A stretch of 32,000 nt of DNA from Cupriavidus basilensis. GTDB lineage: Bacteria; Pseudomonadota; Gammaproteobacteria; Burkholderiales; Burkholderiaceae. A program made the position numbers and the translations under genes. The DNA is taken from positions 31,287 through 63,286 of the forward strand of contig NZ_JARJLM010000036.1 of assembly GCF_029335485.1 (NCBI RefSeq), given 5' to 3'. Shown here one piece after another: positions 8,156 to 17,036 of the stretch (the stretch's first letter is position 1; each line of letters opens with the position of its first letter). Under the pieces are notes generated by a model that saw only the letters and a program-made list of their open reading frames with translations, was not told the origin of the DNA and did not search any database.

Positions 8156-8716
8156 ATGCGTTACCAGTCTGTTCCTACCGTTCTCGTCTGTGCCGCCGCG
8201 GCGGCCACTGCGGGATTCGTCGTGACCAAAGTGCACGCGGCGGAATACATGAGCGTGGCCGACAGCCAGAGAGTGATGTTCGCCGACGCCACTGAGTTCG
8301 TGCCGCTGGTAGTGGCGCTTAACCCGGACCAGCTCAAACAGCTCGCGGAACGAGCGGGCGGGCCGCCGCGCATGGGTGCATGGCGGATCTGGCAGGCACG
8401 TCAGGGCAGCAACCTGCTCGGCTATGTGGTGGCAGACGCTGTCATCGGAAAGTTCGAACTGATCAACTACGCGGTTGCGCTGAGCCCGGCTGGCGAGATC
8501 CGGGACGTGGAGATCCTGGCCTATCGAGAAAGCCACGGCTACGAGGTTCGCAACAAGCCTTGGCGTAGCCAGTTCACCGGCAAGTCCGCCCAGTCCCCGC
8601 TGCGCATCGGCGATGATATCCAGAACATCAGCGGCGCCACGCTTTCGTGCACCCATATCACCGACGGTATTCGCCGCATCGCAGTGATGGCGCAGATGGC
8701 GCTGGCGAAGGGCTGA
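8156..8716 (+). CDS. Secreted FMN-binding domain protein (flavinylation substrate)
   Basis: RBS AAGGAAG. Signal peptide ends 'VHA/AE'. FMN_bind-type motif 'DIQNISGATLSC', where the Thr of SGAT is the usual FMN attachment site. Confidence 0.8.
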   Translation: MRYQSVPTVLVCAAAAATAGFVVTKVHAAEYMSVADSQRVMFADATEFVPLVVALNPDQLKQLAERAGGPPRMGAWRIWQARQGSNLLGYVVADAVIGKFELINYAVALSPAGEIRDVEILAYRESHGYEVRNKPWRSQFTGKSAQSPLRIGDDIQNISGATLSCTHITDGIRRIAVMAQMALAKG

Positions 8717-8723
8717 GCGCATC

Positions 8724-9530
8724 GTGGGCAATGTCGCCGATCTTGCGCAATGCCGCCGCGCTCGCCCTTTGTTGGGCACGCTGGTTGAGATCCAGGCGCG
8801 CGGCGCCGGCGCCGCCGAGGCGGTGCGCACAGCATTCGGTCAGATTGAAGAGATACATCGCCTGATGAGCCGTTACGAACCAGCCAGCGATATTGGCCGT
8901 TTCAATGCGGCCCCGGTGGGCTGGCCGATCGAGATGGATGTGCGCACGCTTGCCGTGCTTGCCGTCGCGGCCGAGTTGCAGGTGGCGAGCGATGGCGCCT
9001 TCGATTGTGAGCGAAGTCCGGCGCAGTCGCCCTCCGGCTGCCCCGGCTGGACCCTCGAAGGCGCGGTGCTGCGTAAGCATCGGCAAGTGCGTCTCGACCT
9101 GGGTGGTATCGCAAAGGGCTACGCGGTGGATTGCGCTATCGAAGCCTTGCGCAGCTTCAGCCTCGACTACGCGCTTGTCAACGCGGGCGGCGACATGCGT
9201 CATGCCGGTGCAGCGCCGGCACGGGTTGCGCTGCGCGAGCCGGGTTCGCCGGCACGCACCGCCATGATGTGGCAACTCGATAACGCGGCGCTCGCGAGTT
9301 CAAGTGTGGGGGGCCTGGCGCCACCGCCCGGCGCGGCGCCGCGCATTTTCAGCCGACGGGAACCCTTGGAGCTGCCGGCAGCAGCCGGCGCCACCGTGCT
9401 GGCACCTTCGTGCATGCTGGCAGATGCCCTGACCAAGGTGGTCCTGGTCTGCCGCGCGCCGCGGCATCCGCTGCTGGCGCGGTATGGCGCCTGTACGCTG
9501 CTCTATCGCGATGGCAAACTACGCGGCTAG
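8724..9530 (+). CDS. apbE: ApbE-family FAD:protein FMN transferase with no recognisable signal peptide or lipobox
   Basis: 'LLGTLVEI', 'LDLGGIAKGYAVD', 'VNAGGD' and 'LADALTKV' are ApbE signature blocks. GTG start sits 8 nt after the FMN-binding gene. Confidence 0.85.
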   Translation: MGNVADLAQCRRARPLLGTLVEIQARGAGAAEAVRTAFGQIEEIHRLMSRYEPASDIGRFNAAPVGWPIEMDVRTLAVLAVAAELQVASDGAFDCERSPAQSPSGCPGWTLEGAVLRKHRQVRLDLGGIAKGYAVDCAIEALRSFSLDYALVNAGGDMRHAGAAPARVALREPGSPARTAMMWQLDNAALASSSVGGLAPPPGAAPRIFSRREPLELPAAAGATVLAPSCMLADALTKVVLVCRAPRHPLLARYGACTLLYRDGKLRG

Positions 9531-9549
9531 CAAATCCCCATCCGAGCCG

Positions 9550-10008
9550 ATGTCCAATCTCCACTCCCACCAGCCTCGCTGGACTTTCCGCATCAGTCGA
9601 CAGCGGCTTTGGGCCTTGTATGCTGCGTTCACGCTGCTGTTGCTGACCGGCTTGACGTGGCTACTTGTGCGCTTTCTGGCGGCTGAGCCCGAGACGCTGG
9701 CACCGTGGCAAGCGTGGAGCATGAAGTTGCACGGTGCGGCGGCGCTGATCGTCATGTTTCTGCTTGGAATGATCTGGTCGGCGCATATCCGTCACGCTTG
9801 GATCCGGCGTCACAACCGCCTGGCAGGCGGGCTGTTTGGAGCCGTCATCGTACTGCTGGTCGCCAGCGGTTATGGCCTCTACTATTTCAACGGTGAAGGC
9901 CTGCGCAGTCTGACCGAGTGGCTACACTGGCTTTGCGGCGTCGCCATTGGCGGGCTGTTCTGGGTTCACTTGGCCGCAGGGCGTCGTTCTGTGGCTGGCC
10001 GCAAGTGA
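9550..10008 (+). CDS. Four-TM His-containing membrane protein (DUF4405/cytochrome b-like candidate)
   Basis: ATG at 9550 (MSNLHSH). Four hydrophobic segments carry conserved-looking His residues ('KLHGAAALIV', 'SAHIRHAW', 'EWLHWLCG', 'FWVHL'). It lies directly downstream of apbE. Confidence 0.55.
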   Translation: MSNLHSHQPRWTFRISRQRLWALYAAFTLLLLTGLTWLLVRFLAAEPETLAPWQAWSMKLHGAAALIVMFLLGMIWSAHIRHAWIRRHNRLAGGLFGAVIVLLVASGYGLYYFNGEGLRSLTEWLHWLCGVAIGGLFWVHLAAGRRSVAGRK

Positions 10009-10200
10009 GCCCACGGCTCCGGTCGGATACCGCATCCACTTCTCCACTTGCTGGTTTCTCGCCGCACCCACGCGACCCGCCGCGTAATCCGAATGGCATG
10101 GGTCGATGATCATTTGCCTGCGCCATCGCAATCTGTGCCCTCTAGCCGCCTCGAAAGCCAGCGGTGACCATGGCTCGATCCCAAGGACAAGGGGCAAATC

Positions 10201-10473
10201 CTAGAACGTCGTGCACTGGAAGAAGCCGCGATGCCCGAAGCAAGTTGTCGAAGTTGGGTAACGGCTGTAGCGCTCAGTGCTTTCCTTGGCATCCAGGCTC
10301 AAAACGCAGTCCCTCCATGGGTCGGAGTTGCCCTTATATCCGAGCTTCTCGCACGCCGGGCCATACACACTGATCATTTGGTCGACTTGGCGTTCCGCCT
10401 GAGCGGTGCGTTCGGCTTGGGTCGTGCAACCGACGAGCAGGGCGGTCAAAGCAATGTGCAGCAATATGCGCAT
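10201..10473 (-). CDS. Small lipoprotein with four Cys in the mature part
   Basis: GGAGG sits 5 nt upstream of the ATG at 10473. The lipobox is 'LLVGC'. Confidence 0.6.
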   Translation of the reverse strand: MRILLHIALTALLVGCTTQAERTAQAERQVDQMISVYGPACEKLGYKGNSDPWRDCVLSLDAKESTERYSRYPTSTTCFGHRGFFQCTTF

Positions 10474-10674
10474 GACAACCTCCATCTCACTCTATGTATT
10501 TGAGGTGGAAATTGCCTCCCAAGTTTCCGTTGAAGTCGATCGGGCGGACCAGTGGGCATGGATGCGCCAAGGGGGAATCGAATAGAAGGGACTCCCCCGT
10601 CCCGAGTCTGCGCCACCGGCCAGCGCCGGTGCTTACCAGGCACTGATCGGTCAGTTCGGAATGCAAGATTTATA

Positions 10675-10692
10675 GCCGCTCTGCGGAGCGGC
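10675..10692 (-). terminator. Hairpin downstream of the TonB-dependent receptor gene
   Basis: GCCGCTC-tgcg-GAGCGGC stem-loop. On the minus strand it is followed by the A/T-rich 'TATAAATCTT'. Confidence 0.4.
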
Positions 10693-10816
10693 CAGCGATG
10701 CTGGCCTACCCTTGCATGCTTTGCTGGCGCGGCTGCAAGCGAACCGATCGCGCGGCGCGCCTAGTCGGAACCCGACGGCCGCCGAAGCCATTTACCTCTG
10801 TGGCCGTACCCGGTGC

Positions 10817-12937
10817 TTACATGCGATAGCGGAGAGTCGCCATCACACTGCGCGGCGCACCCGGCATATTCAGGTTCGCGTTCGAACCGTGCGCCGACAC
10901 GATGTAGCTCTTGTTGAACAGGTTGTACAGGTTCAGTTGCGCCTCGAACGGTCCGTGGCGATACCAGGCCATCATGTCCGCCGTGACGTAGCCCGGCAGC
11001 GTGACCGTGTTGGCCTGATCGGCCATCCGCGGGCCCACCATGTTCAGGCCGCCGCCAACGCCGAAGCCATGGCCCAGGGCCTTGGTCAGCCAGAAGTTGC
11101 CGGAATGGCGCGGCGTGAGCGTCGCGCGCTTGCCCTGGAAGGCGGCCGTCGACCTGGTGACCGCTGCATCCAGGTAGGCATAGCCGGCCAGCGCGCGCCA
11201 GCCGCTGCCGAGCTCGGCGGCGGCGCTCAGTTCCGCGCCGTCCGTGCGCTGCTCGCCGACCGGGATCAACGCCGTGCCGGTTGCATTCGCGATCTTCATA
11301 TTGTTCCGCTCAAGCCGAAATACCGAGATCGTCGTGCTTGCCTTGCCGTCGAGCCAGTCGTATTTGGCGCCGACCTCCGTATTGTTGGTCTTCTCGGGCG
11401 CCAGTTCGGCGTTGTTGGCCGCCAGCGCGAAGGTTTCGCCCGACGGCTGGAACGACCGGCTCCACGACACGTAGTACGACTGCGCCTTCGACGGCTGCCA
11501 GACCAGGCCCGCGCGGGGGCTCCAGGCGTTGTCGGTGCGCGACAGATTTGGCTGGCCGGCCAGGCGCTGCATCGCGTCCTGCTGGAAATTGTCGTAACGC
11601 ACGCCGAACAGCGCCTTCCACTGCTCGGTGAAGGCGATCATGTCTTGCGTATAGAACGCCAGGGTCTTGGCGGTGGCCAGGTTGCTCGTGGCGGGCGTGC
11701 CACCGATCAGGCGCGGCAGCGTCGGCAGCACCGGATTGAACAGGTCGAAGCGCCCCGGAACAGCGCGGGAGTAGTTCACCAGGTCCTTGTTCTGCTGGCC
11801 AACCTCCATGCCGTACAGGATTTCATGCTTGGTGCCGAAGATCGTCGCCTTCTGCGTCAGGTCGGTCTGATTGAACCAGCCGTGCTCCTCCCGAAAGACG
11901 TTGGAGTGCGACATCGTCAGCGTCTTGGTCGCTTCGATGACCGAGTTGGTCAGCGTGTTATTGCGGTCGAGCGAGTAGTGGTAATACCGCGTGGCGTTGC
12001 GGATAGACCAGTTGTCGTTGAAGCGATGGTTGATCGTGGCCGTGCCCGAGTACACGCGCGATTGGGAGTAGTCGGCGTCGCGCGCATTGGCCGCGCCGTA
12101 GTACCGGGACGCCGGTACGTCGACCGGCCTGCCGTTGTACGCCGGGATGCCGAAGTCGGTCACCCGGCGGTCTTCCAGATAGTCGGCCTGCAGCAGCACG
12201 GTGGTCTGCGGCGCGATACGCAGTTCCAGCGACGGCGCGACGGCCGCGCGGTCCAGGAACTGCTGCGAGCGGTAGCTGTTCGCTTTCTCCACGGCGCCCG
12301 TCACGCGGAAGGCGGCGGCGCCGTCGGCAAACACGCGGCCCACGTCGGCCTCCGCGCGCCGGTCGGCCCACATGCCGTAGCTCAGGGCGAAGTCGGTCAC
12401 GTCGAGCCCCGGCTTCTTGGTCACGCGGTTGATCAGGCCGCCCGACGAGCCGCGACCGTACAGCACGGCTGCCGGCCCCTTGATGACCTCCAACCGGTCC
12501 ACGTTCGACAGGTCACGGAAGTACAGCGCGTCATCGCGAATGCCATCGACGAACTGGTCGGCGATCGCCGAGAAACCGCGGATCGACACTTGGTCGCGCT
12601 GCCCGTCGCCCGTGGAGAACGACACGCCCGGCACATTCTTCAGCGCGTCCTGCATCGAATTGGCGTGCTGGTCGCGCATGACGTCGGCCGTCACCACATT
12701 CACGGTCTGCGGAGTATCGCGCAGTGGTGCCTCGGTCTTGGTCGCACTGACGGCGGTCGGCGGGTTGTAGCCCTCGCCCAGTTCTCGGCTCACATCGGCC
12801 TTGATGGTGACTTCCGGCAGGCTCTGCGCGGTGGTCGCCCGGCTGGCTTCCTGTGAATTGGCGATGCCGACGAGCATCGGCTGGCAGGCGAATGCGGCAA
12901 GAACGGCGCACTGCGTCGCGTGAAGATTTAGGCTCAT
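10817..12937 (-). CDS. TonB-dependent outer-membrane (siderophore-type) receptor
   Basis: Signal peptide is present. Plug-domain motifs are 'ATKTEAPLRDTPQTVNVV', 'DALKNVPGVSF', 'IRGF' and 'LEVIKGPAAVLYGRGSSGGLIN'. A long beta-barrel follows. Confidence 0.9.
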   Translation of the reverse strand: MSLNLHATQCAVLAAFACQPMLVGIANSQEASRATTAQSLPEVTIKADVSRELGEGYNPPTAVSATKTEAPLRDTPQTVNVVTADVMRDQHANSMQDALKNVPGVSFSTGDGQRDQVSIRGFSAIADQFVDGIRDDALYFRDLSNVDRLEVIKGPAAVLYGRGSSGGLINRVTKKPGLDVTDFALSYGMWADRRAEADVGRVFADGAAAFRVTGAVEKANSYRSQQFLDRAAVAPSLELRIAPQTTVLLQADYLEDRRVTDFGIPAYNGRPVDVPASRYYGAANARDADYSQSRVYSGTATINHRFNDNWSIRNATRYYHYSLDRNNTLTNSVIEATKTLTMSHSNVFREEHGWFNQTDLTQKATIFGTKHEILYGMEVGQQNKDLVNYSRAVPGRFDLFNPVLPTLPRLIGGTPATSNLATAKTLAFYTQDMIAFTEQWKALFGVRYDNFQQDAMQRLAGQPNLSRTDNAWSPRAGLVWQPSKAQSYYVSWSRSFQPSGETFALAANNAELAPEKTNNTEVGAKYDWLDGKASTTISVFRLERNNMKIANATGTALIPVGEQRTDGAELSAAAELGSGWRALAGYAYLDAAVTRSTAAFQGKRATLTPRHSGNFWLTKALGHGFGVGGGLNMVGPRMADQANTVTLPGYVTADMMAWYRHGPFEAQLNLYNLFNKSYIVSAHGSNANLNMPGAPRSVMATLRYRM

Positions 12938-12953
12938 TTTCCCTGTAATACGT

Positions 12954-12990
12954 TGTAATGAATATTAGAATGCGACGCATTATTATTTGC
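12954..12990 (-). promoter_or_regulatory. Fur-box-like AT-rich element upstream of the receptor gene
   Basis: 'TGTAATGAATATTAGAATG' and 'GCATTATTATTTGC' lie 17-53 nt upstream of the ATG. Each matches about 11 of 19 positions of GATAATGATAATCATTATC by hand alignment. Confidence 0.4.
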
Positions 12991-13034
12991 AAGCATGGCT
13001 GCGGTCAACGCATATCGTGTACACGTGTGCGGAA

Positions 13035-13081
13035 GGGGTGACGTACAGGCATCGCAATATGCCGAAAACATCACCATTGAG
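13035..13081. repeat. Candidate Tn3-family terminal inverted repeat (degenerate)
   Basis: It starts GGGGT and contains 'CGAAAACATCACCATTGAG', which resembles the inner part of Tn3-family IRs (CGAAAACTCACGTTAAG). It sits exactly where the tnpA remnant ends. It is longer than the canonical 38 bp, so indels are implied. Confidence 0.35.
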
Positions 13082-13797
13082 CGCTGGAAGCCATCCGTCG
13101 TCCGACGGCTCCCCCTCTCGGCCGAGCGGTGACGGCAACAAGGCCGTGTCAACTGGACATGCCGCGGCCAACCATCGCCTCGACAGCCCGTTCGAGGTAG
13201 CCCGTAATTCCACAACGATCGCTGCCGTGACCAGATTGAAGCCGCTGGCGCGGTACCGCTCTTGGTGTTCGAAGCAGTGCGCATGGATCTCACCGCGAAG
13301 ATAGAAGAAGGCTCCGAGCGCGCGAGGGCATTGCGCGCCTTGCCCTTGTTGAGCCTGGCATGGGACAGCGACGCAGCCAAACCAGCGTGAACAAAGGACA
13401 GCGGTGATGGAGCCCGCAGGCTCAATGACGCCAGGTTCTTCGGGAGGGATCACGCCTCGGCCCAACGCAGCCGGCGCCTTCTCCTCGCGCCTTGCATATT
13501 GGCGGCAGTCGCGCGGCTTTCGCTGACGTCGAACGTGCGGCCCGCACGCACTGGCGATATCGCCGGGTTGCATCCAGACCTAAAGGCATTCGTGATGGCA
13601 GGAAGCGCGGCAATCCGGCAGCGCGAGGCACGTCGCATGCTGCGGGCGGGGGCGGGCGTCCTGCTAAACATGAAAGCAGGCGTTGGCTCCGCCTGCGCAC
13701 GCTGGATCAGCTCATCGTCTGGCGGTGTGTTGAACAGGTTGGAAAGTCTGAAGACTCGATTCTGCGCGGCCTCGCCAATATCGACGCCGGACCCCAA
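13061..13797 (-). mobile_element. tnpA: Decayed 3' portion of a Tn3/Tn21-family transposase gene (tnpA pseudogene, multiple frameshifts)
   Basis: Across three minus-strand frames I read 'LNKGKARNALAR', '[33 protein letters not shown]', 'LWNYG' and 'PVDTALLPSPLG..LNGD'. These parallel the Tn21-type TnpA C-terminus ([70 protein letters not shown]), which I recalled from memory. Confidence 0.55.
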
Positions 13798-14012
13798 CAG
13801 ATAGGTCCGATAGACTAGAATTATTCAAAGTCGCCCCTATGCGGAGGAGGCTATCGCCACTGTGCAAAATTCAATGCGCAGAGGTAGGTAAGATTGGATG
13901 CGCAGTGGGCACCTAAGATAATAAATGGGGCGCCTGCAATGCTTATATTGAGTGCCTTTTCGCGTTGAAGCATTGGGCAGCCGGGGTGTTGCGAAAAAGA
14001 AGGAGGTGCTCA

Positions 14013-15182
14013 ATGAACGCTTCGCGTCGCTTCTCTGCCTTGGAATCACCCACGCGGTTTATCCATGTGCCGAAAGGCCTTCTCCCAACCCGGTTCGTGC
14101 TCCGCCATTTACGCGGCGTCATATATGGCGTCGGCCTCCTTGTACTGTCGTTCGGAGCCTCCCTTGCAGGTGGAGAACCGATCATTCCACCAACATCCAC
14201 GGTCGCGTCGACCGTTCCGACCAACCACGACCTCAATCCCTACGGCATTGCTTTCGTGCCTGGCGGCGTACCGTCGGGGAGTGCACTGAAGCCGGGGGAC
14301 GTCTTGGTGTCCAATTTCAACGCCGCTTCCAACAAACAAGGCACGGGAACGACCATTGTGAAGCTTGTGACCGACGGCAAGCCAGTCACCTTTTTCCAGG
14401 GGCAAAATCGGGGGCTCACCACCGCCCTGGCTGTGCTGAAGAGCGGGTTCGTGCTGGTCGGCAATCTTCCGACGACGAATGGCACAGCCATCACCTCGAA
14501 CAGCTCACTATTGGTGATCACTCCTCAAGGAAGGCTTCTCAGCGAGCTGAACGATCCAATCCTCCTGGACGGGCCGTGGGACATGACGGTCGTCATCGAT
14601 CAAGGACCGCAGGTCACGGCGTTCGTATCGAACGTGTTGAACGGAACGGTGGCAAGGATCGATATCAACATTGGCGCGAGTGGCGCGACGCTCTTGAATA
14701 GCTCGCATATCATTGCGTCCGGCTACTCGCACCGAACCGATCCCGCAGCGCTCGTTGTTGGCCCAACAGGACTGGCCTATGACGCGGCCCATGATGTGCT
14801 TTATGTCGCATCAACCAACGACAATAAGGTGTTCGCAGTATCGCGCGCTGCGGCGCTCGCGCGCGACAATGGACCGGGAACGGTAATCTATCAAGACATT
14901 GACCACCTTCGCGGGCCGTTGGCATTGGCGCTTGCGCCGAATGGAGATCTGGTGACAGCGAACGGCGATGCCATTAACCCTAATGCGCAACATGCCAGCG
15001 AAATCGTCGAGTTCACGCCCGATGGGCGTTTCATCGCGACGATGCAGGTCGACCCGTCACCTGGCTCCGCATTCGGCCTCGCATTCGGACTGAGCAGCAG
15101 TGGCCAGCCACAATTCGCGGCGGTGAACGACAACACGAATACGGCAACCGTCTGGACGTTGCGCCCGATCGGCGGCAATTGA
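14013..15182 (+). CDS. Membrane-anchored or secreted beta-propeller (NHL/YncE-like repeat) protein
   Basis: Strong RBS GAAGGAGG before the ATG at 14013. There is an N-terminal hydrophobic anchor. Repeated strand-rich units include 'PYGIAFVP', 'GPWDMTVV', 'PTGLAYD..DVLYVAS' and 'GPLALALAPNGDLVTAN'. Confidence 0.65.
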   Translation: MNASRRFSALESPTRFIHVPKGLLPTRFVLRHLRGVIYGVGLLVLSFGASLAGGEPIIPPTSTVASTVPTNHDLNPYGIAFVPGGVPSGSALKPGDVLVSNFNAASNKQGTGTTIVKLVTDGKPVTFFQGQNRGLTTALAVLKSGFVLVGNLPTTNGTAITSNSSLLVITPQGRLLSELNDPILLDGPWDMTVVIDQGPQVTAFVSNVLNGTVARIDINIGASGATLLNSSHIIASGYSHRTDPAALVVGPTGLAYDAAHDVLYVASTNDNKVFAVSRAAALARDNGPGTVIYQDIDHLRGPLALALAPNGDLVTANGDAINPNAQHASEIVEFTPDGRFIATMQVDPSPGSAFGLAFGLSSSGQPQFAAVNDNTNTATVWTLRPIGGN

Positions 15183-15203
15183 CCAGGAAGGCGCATCAAT
15201 ACT

Positions 15204-15239
15204 CCCGCCGCTAAAGCCTTAGGCTTGTAGCGGGGGTTT
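15204..15239. terminator. Hairpin between convergent genes (beta-propeller + / MFS -)
   Basis: CCCGCCGCTA...TAGCGGGGG outer stem with an inner AAGCCT/AGGCTT palindrome. It is followed by TTT. Confidence 0.4.
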
Positions 15240-15369
15240 CCGGGTTCGGCGACTCATGCACCGTGCGGTTGCCCGCCCGGTGTCATACTCGATCCATGAT
15301 GCGCAACACCGTTCGTCCCTGAACATTCTTAGAAAGGTGTTCATGCCTCTGGACAGGATTGGAGCTCGG

Positions 15370-16656
15370 TCAATCGGCCGGCTTGATATGTCGAAATGCG
15401 CGCAGGAGCGCCAGATCATAGGTAATCTTGAGTAGGCCGCAGGCGACCAGCGGTGCGCCGACCCAGCCCATTGCCAACAGCGCGCCCGCGAGGGTCGGAC
15501 TAAGCGCGGAAGCCAGGCTCCTGGGTACTGCGGTCAGGCTCGCGGCAGCCGGTCGCTCGGGGGGCGTTACCACGGCCATCACATAAGCGGTACGGGTCGG
15601 TACGTCCATCTGGGACAGTGCGCTGCGCACCAGCAGCAGGGCCAGGGTCGCCATCAGGGATGTGGAAAATGCAGCCCCGATCAGGCAGAGGCTGGATGGA
15701 ATATGGGTGAACACCATTGTGTTCAGCAAGCCGAACTTGCGAGCCAGCGGCACGGCAACGAGTTGGGAGCCTGCGGTGAGCAACCCCGCCCAGAAGAAGA
15801 ACTGGCCGGCGATCCCCGGGGAAAGACCGAAGCGCTGCATCAACCACAGCGCCAGCAAAGAGTTCACCACCAGGCCACCAGCGAAGGCGTCGACGCTGAA
15901 GAGCAGTGCAAGGCGGGTGACGATCCGGCGAGACGGGCCAAGCGGTACTGTCGCCGAGACGGTCTCCGGGTGTAGCTCTGGCAAGCGGGCATAGATAAAC
16001 CAGAGCGCGACGCCGGTCAAAGCATAGAAACTGAACATGGCGCGCATTGCGCTGAGGAACGATATTCCCAAGTGCGTGGTGAGCCAGTCCGGAAGGGCCG
16101 CGGCCAGCGCACCAATGGCGGCAGAGAAGGCGCCGGTCAGACTGTAACGGGCGAAGAGCGCCGTGCGGGCATCAGAGGTAGACGAGTCAGCCAGGCGAGC
16201 CTGCTCCAGTGGCAGGAATACGCTGACGTCCCCAGAGCTTGGGTTGAGCGTACCGACGAATGCAACGAGCAACAGCGGCCATAGGGAAGACAGACCGGCA
16301 AAGCCGATGCCGGTCGCGGCCATCAATGCAGCCGCCAACACCAGCAGGCGGCGTTGCGGGAAGCGATTGCCGAGGACTCCGACCAGTATCGTTGCCAGTG
16401 CAGAGCCGGTCAGGGTGGCACTGCTGATGAACCCGACTGCCAGTTGTCCGAAACCGAGCGCAAGAAGGTACGCAGGCAACAGAACGGCGATGAACCCGTC
16501 ACAGAAGGCGCGTAGCGCGCGGCCGATGAGAAGCGGTAGAGCGCTGGCATGGACCCCTGCGGGCAGTAGCAGGCGCGCGAGCCAACTTTGGCGGGTAGTG
16601 AAAGCCGGGTCCTTAAGCGTGTACATCGCAAAGGTACCATCCACGCTGCGTGTCAT
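15370..16656 (-). CDS. MFS transporter
   Basis: About 12 hydrophobic segments are present. The loop 'GVLGNRFPQRRLL' is an MFS motif-A-like element. An alternative ATG lies at 16626. Confidence 0.85.
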   Translation of the reverse strand: MTRSVDGTFAMYTLKDPAFTTRQSWLARLLLPAGVHASALPLLIGRALRAFCDGFIAVLLPAYLLALGFGQLAVGFISSATLTGSALATILVGVLGNRFPQRRLLVLAAALMAATGIGFAGLSSLWPLLLVAFVGTLNPSSGDVSVFLPLEQARLADSSTSDARTALFARYSLTGAFSAAIGALAAALPDWLTTHLGISFLSAMRAMFSFYALTGVALWFIYARLPELHPETVSATVPLGPSRRIVTRLALLFSVDAFAGGLVVNSLLALWLMQRFGLSPGIAGQFFFWAGLLTAGSQLVAVPLARKFGLLNTMVFTHIPSSLCLIGAAFSTSLMATLALLLVRSALSQMDVPTRTAYVMAVVTPPERPAAASLTAVPRSLASALSPTLAGALLAMGWVGAPLVACGLLKITYDLALLRAFRHIKPAD

Positions 16657-16958
16657 AGTCGGCTGTGCGGTAGGGGAAACGGTCTAACCCGGCACGTTCG
16701 CGCGTGATCGGCTTCATGAGGATTTCCCGTGCAGCAGGGGATCTTATCCGACCAATGGGCACCGTCAGTGGCGATCTTGCCAACAAGCCCCTTCTTGATG
16801 CCGGCGACAGACAGGCGCTTGAATGCGCCTTCGGCCAGGACCGCGGTAGCAGAGCGGAGGATCGCGATGCCGATCCATATCCTGGCACTCGCGATTGGAG
16901 ACTGACCGGGGCCGGATTTGCCTTCGCCAGTCGCGACGTTCCTGCCTTCGCTTGCCAT
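16653..16958 (-). pseudogene. Possible 5' fragment of a short-chain dehydrogenase/Rossmann-type gene (very tentative)
   Basis: 'GKSGPGQSPIASARIWIGIAILRSATAVLAEGAFKRLSVAG' loosely parallels the SDR N-terminus (GK.alVTGas.GIG.aiA..La.eGA.V.v.g). The first ~75 codons have coding-like third-position GC, and the sequence then degenerates. The stop overlaps the MFS ATG (ATGA). Confidence 0.25.
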
Positions 16959-17036
16959 TGCGGGTTGCTGGCGATGCTTCTGGTTTGCTCTGATGTGATC
17001 ATTGGTTTTACTATTTCTTGGTGCTTTTCTTCGGTG

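Noticed and set aside
10712-12856. 714-aa ORF on the plus strand
   Set aside because: It is antisense to the clearly recognisable TonB-dependent receptor. The translation is dominated by R/A/G/V/H with no domain signatures.
13450-13797. 115-aa ORF initially read as a diverged AraC-type HTH regulator next to the receptor gene
   Set aside because: The AraC resemblance was weak. The whole 13.0-13.8 kb stretch is better explained as a frameshifted Tn3-family transposase 3' end.
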